A stretch of DNA of 63,621 nucleotides, counting the filler, from Octopus bimaculoides (taxonomy: Eukaryota): the NCBI RefSeq assembly GCF_001194135.2. It is 7 parts of 6 records of this genome, joined end to end, with 100 filler letters (N's around TTAATTAATTAA, not from the genome) between each part and the next. Parts side by side here need not be neighbours in the genome. Positions count along the whole stretch, not along the records: positions 62,515 to 63,621 come from NC_068986.1; 6 more parts are not named here. One strand, written 5' to 3'. Shown piece after piece: positions 63,440-63,621 of the stretch; the first letter of the stretch is position 1, and the number at the start of each line of letters is the position of its first letter. Below the pieces are notes generated by a model, which ran no database searches, was not told the origin of the DNA, and saw nothing but the letters and a program-made list of their open reading frames with translations. The translations under genes were made by a program, and so were the position numbers.

Positions 63440-63621
63440 GCAGGAGAGGCTATGTGGTAAGTAGCTTGCTTACCAACCACATGGTCCCTGGTTCAGTCCC
63501 ACTGCGTGGCATCTTGGGCCAGTGTCTTCTACTATAGCCTCGGGCCGACCAAACCTTGTGAGTGGATTTGGCAGACGGAAACTGAGTGAAGACAGTCGTA
63601 TGTGTATATATATATATATAT
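63440..63621 (+). mobile_element. SINE family B, 5' half, cut by the window end
   Basis: GCAGGAGAGGCTATGTGGTAAGTAGC..GGTTCAGTCCCACTGCGTGGCA.. Confidence 0.9.

Overview
AT-rich, repeat-dense eukaryotic DNA with many N gaps. The SINE families, C2H2 zinc-finger style and microsatellite load point to an octopus genome, probably O. bimaculoides (inference from recall, not a database search). No intact protein-coding gene, rRNA, tRNA or CRISPR array is visible, and most long ORFs in the track are gap or microsatellite artefacts. Content: decayed LINEs (CR1-like, HERO-like, R4/Dong-like, RTE, Tx1-like, Penelope), mariner and Tigger/pogo remnants (one near full length), two solo LTRs, several MITEs/foldbacks and four SINE-like families (here called A-D). 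Host-gene signals: a decayed C2H2 zinc-finger exon (31680-32024, +) and a candidate first coding exon (39473-39256, -) at the edge of a CpG-depleted domain (~28.6-38.8 kb) that resembles a methylated gene body. Best leads: three SINE tails matching three different LINE 3' ends within this window, Penelope-type hammerhead motifs, a minisatellite born from an RTE ORF end, a three-level nested insertion, and several local rearrangements. Nothing here proves a new system. All alignments were done by eye and unanchored boundaries are approximate.
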